From: Octopus sinensis
Lineage: Eukaryota
Assembly: GCF_006345805.1 (NCBI RefSeq)
Contig: NC_043005.1
Location: 51,956,001-52,020,000 of the forward strand
DNA length: 64,000 bases
Reading direction: 5' to 3'
Made by a program: the position numbers and the translations under genes. Shown in pieces: positions 1 to 12,682 of this stretch. The notes below the pieces were generated by a model. The model did not search any database. It was given only the letters and a program-made list of their open reading frames with translations, and had not been told where the DNA came from. Each line of letters opens with the position of its first letter. The first letter of the stretch is position 1.

Positions 1-679
1 GACCTTATTTGCGTCCTCAAAAAGAAACAAATTAACGAGATACCGTTCGTGAAAAGATCTTTCCTGCTGTCGACGAGGTGCAGTAGTTTAATCGGGACAT
101 TTACGCATCCTTTTCAACAGTGACGTGGGTGGAGAGAGAGTGGTACTGTGCTTCGTTTACCAGACATAACTAAAATAGAAGAATATGTATAATTAAGAAT
201 GCATACACAGACGTACACACGTACACTCATACACACATCCATGCACAAAAACGCACACATACATGGATGGTTGAACAAACAGATAGATATTTAAAATGAA
301 AAGACGTAGACAGATGTATAAAAATAGACACTAGCTCAGATACATATTTATGTATGGTCCAATATGTGGTGTATATGTTAATAAATTTGCAGGAACTTCT
401 CTCTTTCCGGTGGATATTCCGGTTTATTTGTCTCTGTGTGTGTTTGTGTACAAGTCTGTATTTGTCTGAAAAATGTTTATGCATATGTGTGTCTACATAT
501 GCATATCCGTATATGAGCGTATGTGTGTTTGCAAGTATATGTGCCCGTAGGAGTGCAAGTATGTAGATGTTTGTGTATAGATTACTGCTGCCTTTGTGCA
601 TATATTTATACAATATATATATGTATATATATGTATATATGTTTATATATACCTATACCTATAAATATATACGGGATTT

Positions 680-753
<74 letters not shown>

Positions 754-754
754 A

Positions 755-760
755 TCTATC

Positions 761-855
<95 letters not shown>

Positions 856-860
856 TTATC
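755..860. repeat. (TATC)n tetranucleotide microsatellite within a compound TA/CA/TG block
   Basis: Direct reading: long TATC run; source of the 'YLSIYLSI' pseudo-ORFs. Confidence 0.95.
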
Positions 861-926
861 TGTATGTATATGTATATTTATATATGAAGGTATGTATACG
901 CACACACACACAGGCACATATATATT

Positions 927-1090
927 CGACAGGCTTATTTCAGTTTTCGTCTACCAAATCCACTCACTCGATTTTGGTCGACCCGAAGCCATAGTAGAAG
1001 ACATTTGCGCAAGGTGCCACACAGTGGGACTGAACCCGGAACTATGTGGTTGGTAAGCAAGCTACTCCTACGCTTATGAGCCACTCCTGT
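927..1090 (-). mobile_element. tRNA-headed SINE family 'A', 5' half only
   Basis: Reverse complement reads aggagtggc...tagcttgcttaccaaccacatagttccgggttcagtcccactgtgtggcaccttgcgcaaatgtcttctactat..., matching the full copy at 14477-14885. Confidence 0.9.
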
Positions 1091-1130
<40 letters not shown>

Positions 1131-1410
1131 CACACACATACACACACAAATATTCATTGCCCGTTCGATTACCGCGGACGCCCCACGCATACCATTTTTC
1201 TAATAAATAATACCTTATGCTCTTCGGAAATTAGCTTCGTGATCAGTTATACTCACAAAACTCTTAGTATTCGCAGAGAGTAATCGTAGCAGTACAGCAC
1301 AGTGAGAGGCATGCAAACCCATATATACATACATACATACATACATACATACATACATACATACATACATACATACATTTATACATACGCACATACATAC
1401 GCACATACAT

Positions 1411-1501
<91 letters not shown>

Positions 1502-1909
1502 TATATATATATATATATACATATATATACACGTAAATATATATATATATGAATGTTTGTATATATATCTGTGTGTATATATATATATGAATATATATAT
1601 ATATTTTTATATTGTATACGTATATTTGTATACACAGCATACACACATGCATATATACATATATACATGCATATACATCTGCACATATGAATAATTTATA
1701 CTGATACGGGAAATTATACGTACACATATGGTGTATATATTAAGATATATTGTTATGAATAAAGATGGTTGTTTGATTGATTGGCAGATTGTTAAATAGA
1801 TATATAGATGAATAGATCGATAATCACGCATACATACATACCTACAGAACACACTCCCATATATATATATGTATATTCGTGTGTTTGTGTGCGTGCGTGT
1901 ATAAACATA

Positions 1910-1945
<36 letters not shown>

Positions 1946-2289
1946 TGTATGTATGTATGTATATATGTATGTATGTATATATATATATATATATATACTT
2001 TCATGTGTGTGTGTGTAATACATGAGTCTGTGTAAAGTGAGTAGACATTTACTTTCACGACCGCTTATGGCCGTTACCATTAACCGTTTCTCTCTATGGT
2101 TAATAAATATCTCCCTGATGCAGAACGCACACTTTTATACATGCGAACAATCACACATACATACATATATAAATACATAAATACATACTTAAATTTATTC
2201 GTATAGACATGCATACTTATTCATATAGAGTCATACACATATACACTGTTCATATTTAGTTTTTACATTTCATATAAAACTATTTATGT

Positions 2290-2306
2290 TATAATTATTA
2301 TTATTA

Positions 2307-2339
<33 letters not shown>

Positions 2340-2400
2340 CATTATTATTATTATTATCATCATTATCATTATTATTATTATCATCATCATCATCATCATT

Positions 2401-2437
<37 letters not shown>

Positions 2438-2447
2438 CCATCATCAC

Positions 2448-2522
<75 letters not shown>

Positions 2523-2530
2523 TATTATAT
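2290..2530. repeat. (ATT)n/(ATC)n trinucleotide array
   Basis: Direct reading; yields the poly-Met/Ile pseudo-ORF 2304-2651. Confidence 0.95.
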
Positions 2531-4073
2531 ATTTAAGTTTATTTGGTTCCATATCATTTCGCTCAGCTGAAAATTGTCTTCGGGAACGAATTTTATCTAT
2601 ATGTATAAATTTGTATGTTGTGCATATACATGTACATATCCATACACACACGTGCGTGCGCTCATATATGTGTATATATATTTATTTATATATACAAATT
2701 TATATTTCTGTATAAATATATATGTACTTATATGCAGTATATATAGGTGTGTTTACACACACACACAAAAAGACACATATACATATGAGAGACCGAGAGA
2801 AAGAAAGGGTGAGAGAGGGTGAGAAGATGGATTGAGAGATTTCTGTACGTTCCGTCAAAACCTGTGGGGTTTATCACTGTCTCCGTTTATTAATTCTCAA
2901 TAATTGTATTTTAAGCTTTACTCCATTTCCCCTTTATACAGTATTTCGTTTGTTATTTCTATTCTTTTTTACATCGACCTTCTTTGGACCTTACTTCATT
3001 TCCTTACATTTTTATAATTACCCTTGTTTTTCCCCACTTACACTTCGGTCTAATATATAAATTTCTATTTCACTTTTGTCTCGTTCCTTCTCTCATCTCA
3101 ATAATTGTCTTTTTTATTCGCTCACTCTAAATACTTTATCTCGTAACCTCTCTATTTCCTCCTCTCTCGTGAAAAAGATTCATAATTCTTCTTTCCTTCC
3201 CTCCCGTCTTTATTACTTGTTGCTTTTGTTTCTTAATTTCTCACACCCTCTTACATACCTCCCTATATTTCCTTTTCTGTTCATCTCATGCCTATTACCA
3301 AACTGTTTGGTTTTTATCTGACTGTAGACTCGCATTTTCTATTTACCTTCCAATCTGTTAATCTCTCACATTTTGATTTATCGAGCTAATCAACCTCGGT
3401 CTATAATACATTTTATCTCCTTAACTTTTCTAATTCTAATAATATTATATCTATATCCCACTTCTCTCTGCACAGCCACTGCTTTCAACTGACTGACGTA
3501 TAACTAGAATACTCCGATGCAGCGAACATATGACCTAAGGCATTCCTGTCATGACCAAACTGTATTTTGTTAGACACAGAATATTCGGAAGTACATTATG
3601 CAATATGTCCTTTTTATTACATAGTATTTGTCATTTCCGTTGTTCTATGTGTATAGAGCAGTGATGAACTAGTTTACCTATGATCGATACCATTCAGCGT
3701 GTGAGTTTGCCGACTTTATTCTATGTGCATTTAACGAAGGACTACATTAAGCGCCAAGTGTGATTTTATGGGAGGTTTGGCTGCCATTTATTGAGGAGTG
3801 TACCTCTGGTATTGATTTTGATCTTTATCATGATGTCAGGCTCTCCTTGTCATTGGTTTAAGCTACGCTGAAATGAGTTCTGTCAGTGGACATTCCGTCC
3901 ATTTTTGAGACGTTGCCTTGAACTTCATAATCTAACGCATTTCTCCTTATTTAAGATGATATTGTGTTATAATAGAGCGGCTATTTCCAGCAAACCTATC
4001 GATCCCTTTGGGTTCTTTCATTGGCTATACAAGGTCACGTTACCGTGGTTAGTAGATTCTTAAACAAACTCAC

Positions 4074-4189
4074 TTATTGTTGTTACTGCTACAGTTCTTT
4101 ATTTGCCTGTGGTTTGGGCAGCAGGACACCAGACTGTGCTTTTCATAATAATCGGTATTATTATGTGGCCCCCACACAGAACGTCTGCA
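4074..4189 (-). CDS. Candidate host exon (unverified): CRRSVWGPHNNTDYYEKHSLVSCCPNHRQIKNCSSNNN
   Basis: Minus-strand acceptor aattgcctctttaacAG, donor AA|GTGAGT, 116 nt, one open frame, non-repetitive. No homolog recognised. Confidence 0.2.
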
Positions 4190-5254
4190 CTGTTAAAGAG
4201 GCAATTTTTGTAGCTTCTTTTTCAGGAGTTATGAACCAGTTTTCTGTACGAAAGCATCTCACATCAACGCACTGTTCATTCTAGAGTATTCGTATGGACA
4301 ACGAGTGAAAGTGATAGTACGGTGGTTCATATCTCATCATAGACATTATCCAGGCGCTCGACAATTTTAGTTTTCGCTGTAATTATGTTGTCCTCCTTGA
4401 CATCATAGACTTGAAAGTCATCAGAAATCTCTTAAGCCTGTATTTCAAAACCTATCTAGAATGGCATTAGCTAAAGTCATAACACAGCAAGATGTGATTT
4501 AACAGGAAGTTAGCTGCAATTTCTCTAAAATATTTAATGACCATAAAAAAATTCCTTCCTTGGTACAATCTCAGTTATATTTTCCAAAATAGTCGTATTA
4601 GTTATATAACTGGGAAGAAAAAGGCGATGTTACTATATGAAGGAAGAGATATGATAATACACTTGGATAGTAAATTTCGTATGTGGAACACATTTACAGA
4701 AAGACACTCGTGTACACGTTCATGTACACAAACACATAAATATTTTGTTTACAGATTTACTGCCTGACCTGACCACATCGAGCTGTGGTCAGGCAGGCGC
4801 AACCACCGTGATCTACGTGATAAAAACAGAAATTATTGTACAAATTCAGGATTGAAGACAGGAGACGCGGAAAAATTAGTCCAAAATACATTTTCACAGT
4901 CTCCTCCTGTACATCCATCCATCCATCCATCCATACATACATACATACATACACACATACATACGTGTGTATGTGTGTGTGAGTGTGTTTGTATATATAT
5001 TTATATATTTAAATATATGTATATGCATAAAAGAAGCGTATGTGCGCCTGTGTTGACGTCATACATACATAAATATATTTATATGGCAGTAATTCCCAAA
5101 GATTTCAGTTCTATATATGTACCATGCGTATGTACATCAAGGTAGGAAGACTATCTGTATTATATTAATGTATGTTTACACTTACATATATGTATGTGTA
5201 TGTCTATGTGTGTAAGCACATATATATGCATAAATGCTTGTGTCTGTATGTATG

Positions 5255-5312
<58 letters not shown>

Positions 5313-6075
5313 ATATATATATATATGAACATATATATATATGAATATGTATATGCATGTATATATATGTATATTTACATATATATATACACATATATAT
5401 ATATATGTATATGTATATGCATGTATATATATATATGCATATATATGCGTGTGTGACTGTCTAAGTATATGTAGATATATATGTATTATATATGCACACA
5501 CGCATATATATATATATAATTAAAGTTATAATTAATATATATATATATATATATGCAATTATATGTATATGTGAGAAGGTTTATATTTATATATGTATGT
5601 ATAGCTCTATGCATATATATAAATATGTGTGTGTGTATGTGTGCGTATTTGTACGTGCGTGCGTGTGTGTGTGTGCGTGTGTGTGTATGTGTGTTTGTGT
5701 GTGTGTGTGGAATTATTGATTCTTCCGTTTGTAAATTTAGCTACAAATGTTCCAGCAAATTAAAATCGAGTACTACAATTATCAAGGATCAATAGCGTAA
5801 TATATGTCCTGCTTAAAATAGTTTTTAAAGGATATAGAAGGTCATAAATATAAATCTTCCTTTGATGGGTGTTGGCCGAACATTCGAGACGGTTGGAGGA
5901 AGAGGAGATGTGGAAATCGAATTTGTTCTCTGTAACGTTCCTATGGACCATTGCCACAGAAAACCATGCTTCCCTTGGTTGTTATCAGATTATCTGTCTG
6001 GTCTCTTTCTCTCTCCATCACCACTCCATCTCCTCTCCTCCTCGCGATGTGTACCTCCCTTTGCTATATTTTTTC

Positions 6076-6131
<56 letters not shown>

Positions 6132-6276
6132 TTGTGTATGCATGTATATATCCGCGTATGTATTATCTATCTATGTATCTATCCATGAAGCTATTTTAAT
6201 ATATATCAAATCATCCTATATTTATTCATGTTATGTGTTTCTGCATTGGTATGTTTATGTGCGTGTGTTCATATGC

Positions 6277-6325
<49 letters not shown>

Positions 6326-6400
6326 TATGTATAGATATACATATATATGCACACATATATACGCACTCACACTCAAATTGCACACAGAGACACATGCACA

Positions 6401-6435
<35 letters not shown>

Positions 6436-6570
6436 GCGCGCGCACACAGACAATTATCAGTGTATTTGTGTTTGTATGTGTATGTGTGGTTTATATATAA
6501 ATATGTCTCTCCCTCCCTGTCTCTCTCTCTCTCTCAATATATCTATATACACATATATATATATATATTC

Positions 6571-6621
<51 letters not shown>

Positions 6622-6744
6622 CGTATATATATGTATATACACACACATATATATATATACAAATATATATTTTTCTATGCAAAAATAAATAAAAACTTGT
6701 AAAGCTCCCTACTCGAATGTGATCACCATTTTATTATCAAATTG

Positions 6745-7320
6745 TCTGATCGGTACAATATGAAATAAGATTAGAGGAAATGTGAACTACTCCACTTCGG
6801 TAAGTAGCATCGATAGGATAAAATAAGCATTGCCTCTTCCCTCTGGCAAATCATTCAGTACTTAGGACAACCTCAGAGACCTAGGAGTAATTGTAGACAA
6901 AATATCTAGTTTGATAACCCCACACACTTAAAATAAGTTGACCTTACTATTAATATCACCGTCACTCTATAGACCAGACTATCGGATGTTGTTATACACC
7001 GCTGGTCACAATGCGTTTCTTTGCATTGTTGTAGCTTTCGAGTGATGACAACCCACCAGTTAGACGGGCGGGCAAAGTTTCTCCCTGAACAGAACGCGAG
7101 TCTGTTGCAAATTTACCCACTAACAGCTGGGGGAATGAATCAACGTGAAATGAAGTGTTTTGCTCAAGAACACAACACGCCGCCAGTTTTGGAATGATTG
7201 CAACACTCTAACCAGTGAGCCACGAGTCTTCATTAATAATATGTACGCGAAAGACATATATTCAGGCTAAGAGGCCACAATGTAGTAATTCCTTTATATG
7301 CGTCCCTTATTTGCCGGACA
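6745..7320 (+). mobile_element. Old CR1-type LINE ORF2 relic interrupted by a SINE
   Basis: Degenerate translations SDRYNMK / KCELLHFGK (~6790), RDLGVIVD (~6880) and VVIPLYASL (~7285) are collinear with WADRNKMQ..KFELMHFG..RDLGVIVD..VIIPLFSSF of the intact CR1 at 18.3-19.0 kb. Confidence 0.6.
7075..7228 (-). mobile_element. Degenerate copy of SINE family 'C'
   Basis: caacgtgaaatgaagtgttttgctcaagaacacaacacgccg resembles the reverse complement of 26410-26455. Confidence 0.6.
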
Positions 7321-7889
7321 GTTTAAATCACGAATCTATGGTTTCATCTTTTTATCTATGGTTACCCTACGGTCATAATATTTGAAATTTGGGCAGAAAA
7401 CAATTAAGGCGGTCATAATATATGAAATCTAGGAAGAGAACAATCAAAGCTGTGATTACTTCGCTGAACTCTGAATAAACTGGATCGCATGATGTCATTC
7501 AAACTTTAACACTAATACTCGCTGTCAAAACTGATTTGACTATGATCTTCTGATTCAAATTTATTTGTCTTAAAATATAGACAAAATTCTAATTTCTGTA
7601 TATAAGTCCGCTCATTTTTTAAGCAGAAAAGCATTTTCGTTTGTATAGACAACACTCTGTATTAGTTAATGTTATATGGAAATGTGACTCAAGATAAACG
7701 ATAATATAGTTTCTGGTTGCCTGGCAGTTTCCTTCGTTCGCACCTCAAACTATATCATATGTGGCAATAAACAGAATTATATTAAGTAAATTCTCATAAT
7801 CGAAGGAACATACTATCAGAATATATATATGAAACACACATACGCACAAACACACACACGCGCGTGCGCGTATATATATATATATATTA

Positions 7890-8050
7890 AATGAGTAAAG
7901 ACCTCCTTGAGTCATGAATTACCATGGTATTGCACCTAGAAATTTGCCCTCCTAGGCACAAGTCTTAAGCAAGGTTGTTTGTGGAAGAACAGCAGCCGTC
8001 CATGCATACCGGCCTCCCTTTTACACGCCACCGATGTTATTCAGAGGGGA
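7890..8050. repeat. Interspersed repeat fragment (unclassified retroposon-like)
   Basis: GC-richer segment gacctccttgagtcatgaattaccatggtattgcacctagaa...cacgccaccgatgttat resembles a common octopus repeat as I recall it; not verifiable inside the window. Confidence 0.35.
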
Positions 8051-8054
8051 AAGT

Positions 8055-9698
8055 AAGCTTGAGTCTTTGTTGTCATTGTGTTGTGCATTGAAGAAGATAG
8101 CCGGCGGTGTTTTAGCCGACGAAAAAGTAACTGCTGCAAGGTAAGGCTTTTGTCTCTTGGGTCTAGTGGGGGTGGTTGTCTGTGGTAATATTTTTTTACA
8201 AACAAGGAGTCCTCACTAGATTAAAGACTTTGGTCTACTTGCAGTTCAGCAATATTGTTCACACTAAGTGAAATTTTTTTTCTCATTGTGAGAGGTATAG
8301 TTTGGGGGCGTATCTTACCACCAAAAGTTGTTCGCAGTTTTTGAATAGTGTATGTTTTTACAACGTTTACCAATAATTGGAAAGCTGTATTTCAAGTGAA
8401 GCAGTCCAGGTTCTAATCGGAGAACCATAGGGCTTGGAGTACCTGAATTCCTAGAAGATTTTTTTGCTTTGTTTTGTTGAACTGATGTTTTCTTCATCTA
8501 TTGTGACTCTCTTTAATGAAACTGTTTGCTTTTTCTCTTCTTCCCTTTTGTTCCCTTTTGATTTCTCTCTCTTTTCTTTTTGAAATTTGTAAACTATTGT
8601 TTCAGACTTTTTAATTTTTAATTTAAAACATGGCAAAAAATACGGATAAGATTGTAGAGTGGGAGATTGTTCCACCTAAGGAGTGGCTCAGACAGCAAAA
8701 GGAGAGGACGGTGGTGTTGAGAACATATTCTAAGGTTCTCGACACCATTGCCGTCTTCTCCAAGCAGCTGATTGAGCAGGTGTGGGCGGAACATCTGATA
8801 ACAATTAAGTATATCTCTAGGGGTGTCAAATATGCAACGGTGTAGTTGCTATAAAGAAAAATTGGACATATAAAGAAAAATTGCCTTCAGGAACAAAGCA
8901 AAGTCCTGGAGCAGTTGATTGAGACCTCTGTAGAAGAAGGAACGAAGGCGGCCGAGGAGGTGGAAGACTCCTCAAAGAAGGGCCGCAAGAGGAAGAAGAT
9001 GAGCAACAATGGATGCTCACCGAAGGATCCTAGGGATGAGGGAGAGGAGGTGAATCTCCCAGTCACGAAGGAGACGCACCCTCCCTCAGTTGAGAATAGA
9101 GGAAGAGGAAGAGAAACGTGACATAGCACCGGAATGTCCCGGATCATGCCGGCAGGGGTTGTGCCACCGGCAGGGGAAGAGACACTGTTGGGAGGAATTG
9201 TACCGCCAACGGTAGAATTGACTACCTCGAACCCGGAGGAAGACGAACTATTGGTCTTCTTCTACAGAGGCGGAGAGGTAGAAAAGGTGATGGAAAAGCA
9301 CCATAAGGGAGTACCTTTAACCTTCACACAGGATCCCTTCACATAGCAGACAGCTATGGAGGTCATAACATTGCCCGTGATGCATAGGCTGCATGGACTC
9401 AATGAGGAATATCGCATGTGGCCGGCGACGCCGACTCGGAATCCGCCTGGGTCTTGAATGAGGCGTGGTTGATGGCGGAGTATACGGCACAAGCGATGTT
9501 GGGGAGGAATAGTGACAAGAGGTTGAAAAGCCTCAGTATTATAGTGTTTATTGTATAAGTTTCAATGTGTATCGTATGTTATTGTGTTTAAGAGGCTTAA
9601 CGCCCCAATTTTTAAAAGGACTATTAGTCCAATAATTGTAATTCTGAAGTAAGAGGTTCAATACCTCGTTTGTCTCTTTTCTGTGAAAAACAAAAAAG
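8055..9698 (+). mobile_element. Decayed ORF1/gag-like (CCHC Zn-knuckle) unit lacking ORF2; L1/Tx1-like non-autonomous element suspected
   Basis: ORF-track entries 8630-8845, 8915-9121 and 9134-9346 share one frame, separated by stops. 8847-8884 restores to CYK[CG]KIGHIKKNC (CX2CX4HX4C) if 4 nt are added. T-rich 3' segment ends in an A-rich tail (tgtgaaaaacaaaaaa). Confidence 0.55.
8630..9456 (+). pseudogene. Disrupted Zn-knuckle nucleic-acid-binding ORF (MAKNTDKIVEWEIVPPKEWLRQQKERTVVLRTYSK...)
   Basis: Purine-rich coding-like composition, a good ATG context, a basic KKGRKRKK stretch after the knuckle, and several in-frame stops. Confidence 0.55.
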
Positions 9699-9852
9699 TG
9701 AATAATGTTTTAGAGAAGCAAAAATCGGTGAGGCGTTTTTCGTCTTCTCCCATTAATATCATCCTTTTTTCATCGTTCACCTCATCAATGTTTTTGTCCA
9801 GCCAGCATCCTACTCTGTGTCATGCCTTTGTGGCAAAATTTTTGAAAGAAAT

Positions 9853-9990
9853 TAGCTTGGTTACCAACCACATGAATCCGGGTTCAGTCCCACTGCGTGG
9901 CACCTTGGGCAAGTGTCTTCTAGTATACCCTCGGATCGACCAAAGCCTTGTGAGTGGATTCGGTAGACGAAAACTGAAAGAAGTCCGTCG

Positions 9991-10030
<40 letters not shown>

Positions 10031-10064
10031 GTGTGTATGTGTGTGTGTGTGTGTGTATGTGTGT

Positions 10065-10100
<36 letters not shown>

Positions 10101-10303
10101 TTGTGTGTCTGTGTTTGTCACCCCCACCATCGCTTGATAACCGATGTGTTACGTCCCCGTAACTTAGCGGTTCAGCAAAAGTGAACGATAGAATAAGTAC
10201 TAGACTTACAAGGCATAAATCCTGGGGTCCATTTGTTCAACTAACGGTGGTGCTCCAGCATGGCCGCAGTCAAACGGCTGAAAGAAATAAAAGAATAAAA
10301 GAA
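9853..10303 (+). mobile_element. SINE family A, head slightly truncated, long internal (TA)(TG) array
   Basis: Collinear with 14477-14885; ends in (aaaagaat)n tail. Confidence 0.9.
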
Positions 10304-10436
10304 TATACACAATTACGTATATGAAAATGATGTTTCAACAGCTGTGTGCTGGCACTTCATCAGGTAGTGTGCTTTAAAAAAATTTAGATAGAGAAGTATT
10401 AACTTGAGTGACTAACCTGAATGTTAAGGTGTTGAA

Positions 10437-10485
10437 CATCTTTGGTGAACAACTTTGGTGAACATCTTTGGTGAACATCTTTGGA
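10437..10485. repeat. 13-bp tandem repeat (tttggtgaacatc), about 3.5 units
   Basis: Direct reading: gttgaacatc tttggtgaacaac tttggtgaacatc tttggtgaacatc tttgg. Confidence 0.9.
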
Positions 10486-10604
10486 AGCAGTAAATTGTGA
10501 AACAGCAAAACCGTTGGGCTGTGTTTATTTCCTGAGAGTAGGGATATATCGAATGTTTAGAACGGCATATTTCATTGGAGAATGGCAGTGTGCGAGGTGT
10601 TATA

Positions 10605-11140
10605 TTGATTTCAAATTTTGGCACAAGGCCAGCAATTTCGGTGAAGGGGTCCACTTTGCTTTTCATCCTTTCGAGGTCGATAAAATCAGTTCCAATTGAG
10701 CATTTTGGTCGATATAATAACTCTATACCCTGCCCGAAATCTCTAGCCTTGTGCCAAAATCTAAAACCTGAATATTGATAACGGTATTCGGTTACATAAA
10801 CCCCAATGTTCAACTGGTACTTATCTTATCGACCCTGAAAGGGAGAAAGGTATAACCAATCTCGGCGGGATTTGAACTCAGGACGTGAAGAAGGACGAAA
10901 TACACTAGGCATTAACGATTCAATGTGCTTAACGATTCTGTCAGCTCGCTGCCTTATGACGTGTTACTAACGGTCGTTCAGAGTTCAAATTCCACCGAGG
11001 TCGACTTTGCCTTTCATCCTTTTGAGGTCGATAAAATAGATTCCAATTGAACACTGGGGTCAACATAATAACCTTATCCCGTCCCTGAAATTGCTAGCCT
11101 TGTGCCAAAATTTGAATGCTACATGTTGATAACGGTATTC
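10605..11140. mobile_element. Cluster of SINE family 'B' copies in alternating orientation (+ 10655-10790, - 10810-10955, + 10965-11140)
   Basis: Shared core gactttgcctttcatcctttcgaggtcgataaaat and tail ccttgtgccaaaat; the minus copy carries the head ctgtcagctcgctgcc. Confidence 0.85.
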
Positions 11141-12061
11141 GATTTGTAGTTTATGATTTTATTTCGGTTAACGTATTAGACACAAACATTGGTTTCAACC
11201 AAAACCCAACATCACTAACCCTACATATGAACCTTGTGACCAGGTCTAATTGTCTCTTAGCACCATAAATATTATTAGGTCATTAACAAACAACAACGTC
11301 AACAACGACATCGACTACCAAATAGCAATGGATGGCATTTATCTTTGCTTTCCAATTGCTGGACATAAGTTATATACAGTAAAAAAAAAAGAAGAAAAAC
11401 GAAAAAATAAAGGGATAGTAAACTTAACGATCGATTATGCAGGTAACGAACACTTAGCAGGGAATAAAAGCAACAGTAAACTATTCAGCTACAATTACGA
11501 GCGTACTAAAATCGATCAGAAGAAGAAAAAAAGAACTGCCTTAAAAATGGCTTTACTTATTTCGCAAACAAGGTCAACAGATTACGGAGAAACGGCGAAT
11601 ACTTGGACACTATAATCAAGTATAAAATGAATAACAATTTCAAAAGCCACCAACTGCGACTCAATGATAGATTATCTAAATTTCTCCGCACTGCCGCCAT
11701 TTCTATCTCATAATCATCACCTTCTTATCACTATTCCAACGCTGAACAATGTTGTTCGTGCTGATACGCTAGTAACTATTTTTGATCATCGATCCACTTT
11801 ACTACCCAATCAAGATTTATAGATTATTGATATCCTCTGAGTATCTAGTATACATACATACATACATACATACATACATACATACATACATACACTCACA
11901 CACACTAACTCACACGCACACACAGATACATATGTATATATCCACACACACACGTATTACATACACATATATATATATATATATATATACATATATGAAT
12001 GAAATTTATATAATATATGCACATATAGGGGGATTCATAAATTCATAAGTATACATGCATA

Positions 12062-12477
12062 TTCTCTTTCTCTTTCTCTTTTACTTGTTTCAGTCATTCG
12101 ACTGCGGCCATGCTGGAGCACCGCCTTTTAGTCGAGCAAATCGACCCCGGAATTTATTCTTTGTAAGCCCAGTACTTATTCTATCGGTCTCTTTTGCTGA
12201 ACCGCTAAGTGACGGGGACGTAAACACACCAGCATCAGTTGTCAAGCAATGCTAGGGGGACAAACACAGACACACAAACATACACACACACACTTATATA
12301 CATATATATATATACGACAGGCTTCTTTCAGTTTCCGTCTACCAAATCCACTCACAAGGCATTGGTCAGCCCGGGGCTATAGCAGAAGACACTTGCCCAA
12401 GATGCCACGCAGTGGGACTGAACCCGGAACCATGTGGTTGGTTAGCAAGCTACTTACCACACAGCCACTCCTGCACC
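12062..12477 (-). mobile_element. SINE family A, full length
   Basis: Near-perfect reverse complement of 14477-14885. Confidence 0.95.
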
Positions 12478-12508
12478 TATATATACATACATAAATTATA
12501 TATTCATA

Positions 12509-12682
12509 TTTATACTAATAATACTTGGCGCAATCTGTTTTGCGAGTAAATGTCTAAGTGACAATCTAGATAAGTTAGGGTTTTCAGAAAAAGATATCAA
12601 CCAACTCACTCGCACTTTACAAATATTATCTGTAAGTGGAACAGCAAACATATGCAAGACTTTACTCAGGTTTAAAATGTGA
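12509..12682 (+). mobile_element. 3' tip of an REL-endonuclease non-LTR retrotransposon ORF (R4/Dong/R2-like)
   Basis: Open frame FILIILGAICFASKCLSDNLDKLGFSEKDINQLTRTLQILSVSGTANICKTLLRFKM* fits the C-terminal P-I-I-x-G-A-L-G...L-x-x-L-G...G-T-x-x-I pattern of REL-type LINEs. Confidence 0.6.

Noticed and set aside
1168-1177. ATTACCGCGG, matching part of a universal SSU rRNA motif
   Set aside because: Only 10 nt; flanks do not continue the rRNA sequence.
5862-6060. Unique-looking start of the 108-aa and 277-aa ORFs
   Set aside because: The frames run into (TTTC)n and TA/TG repeats; no motif or splice boundaries were identified.
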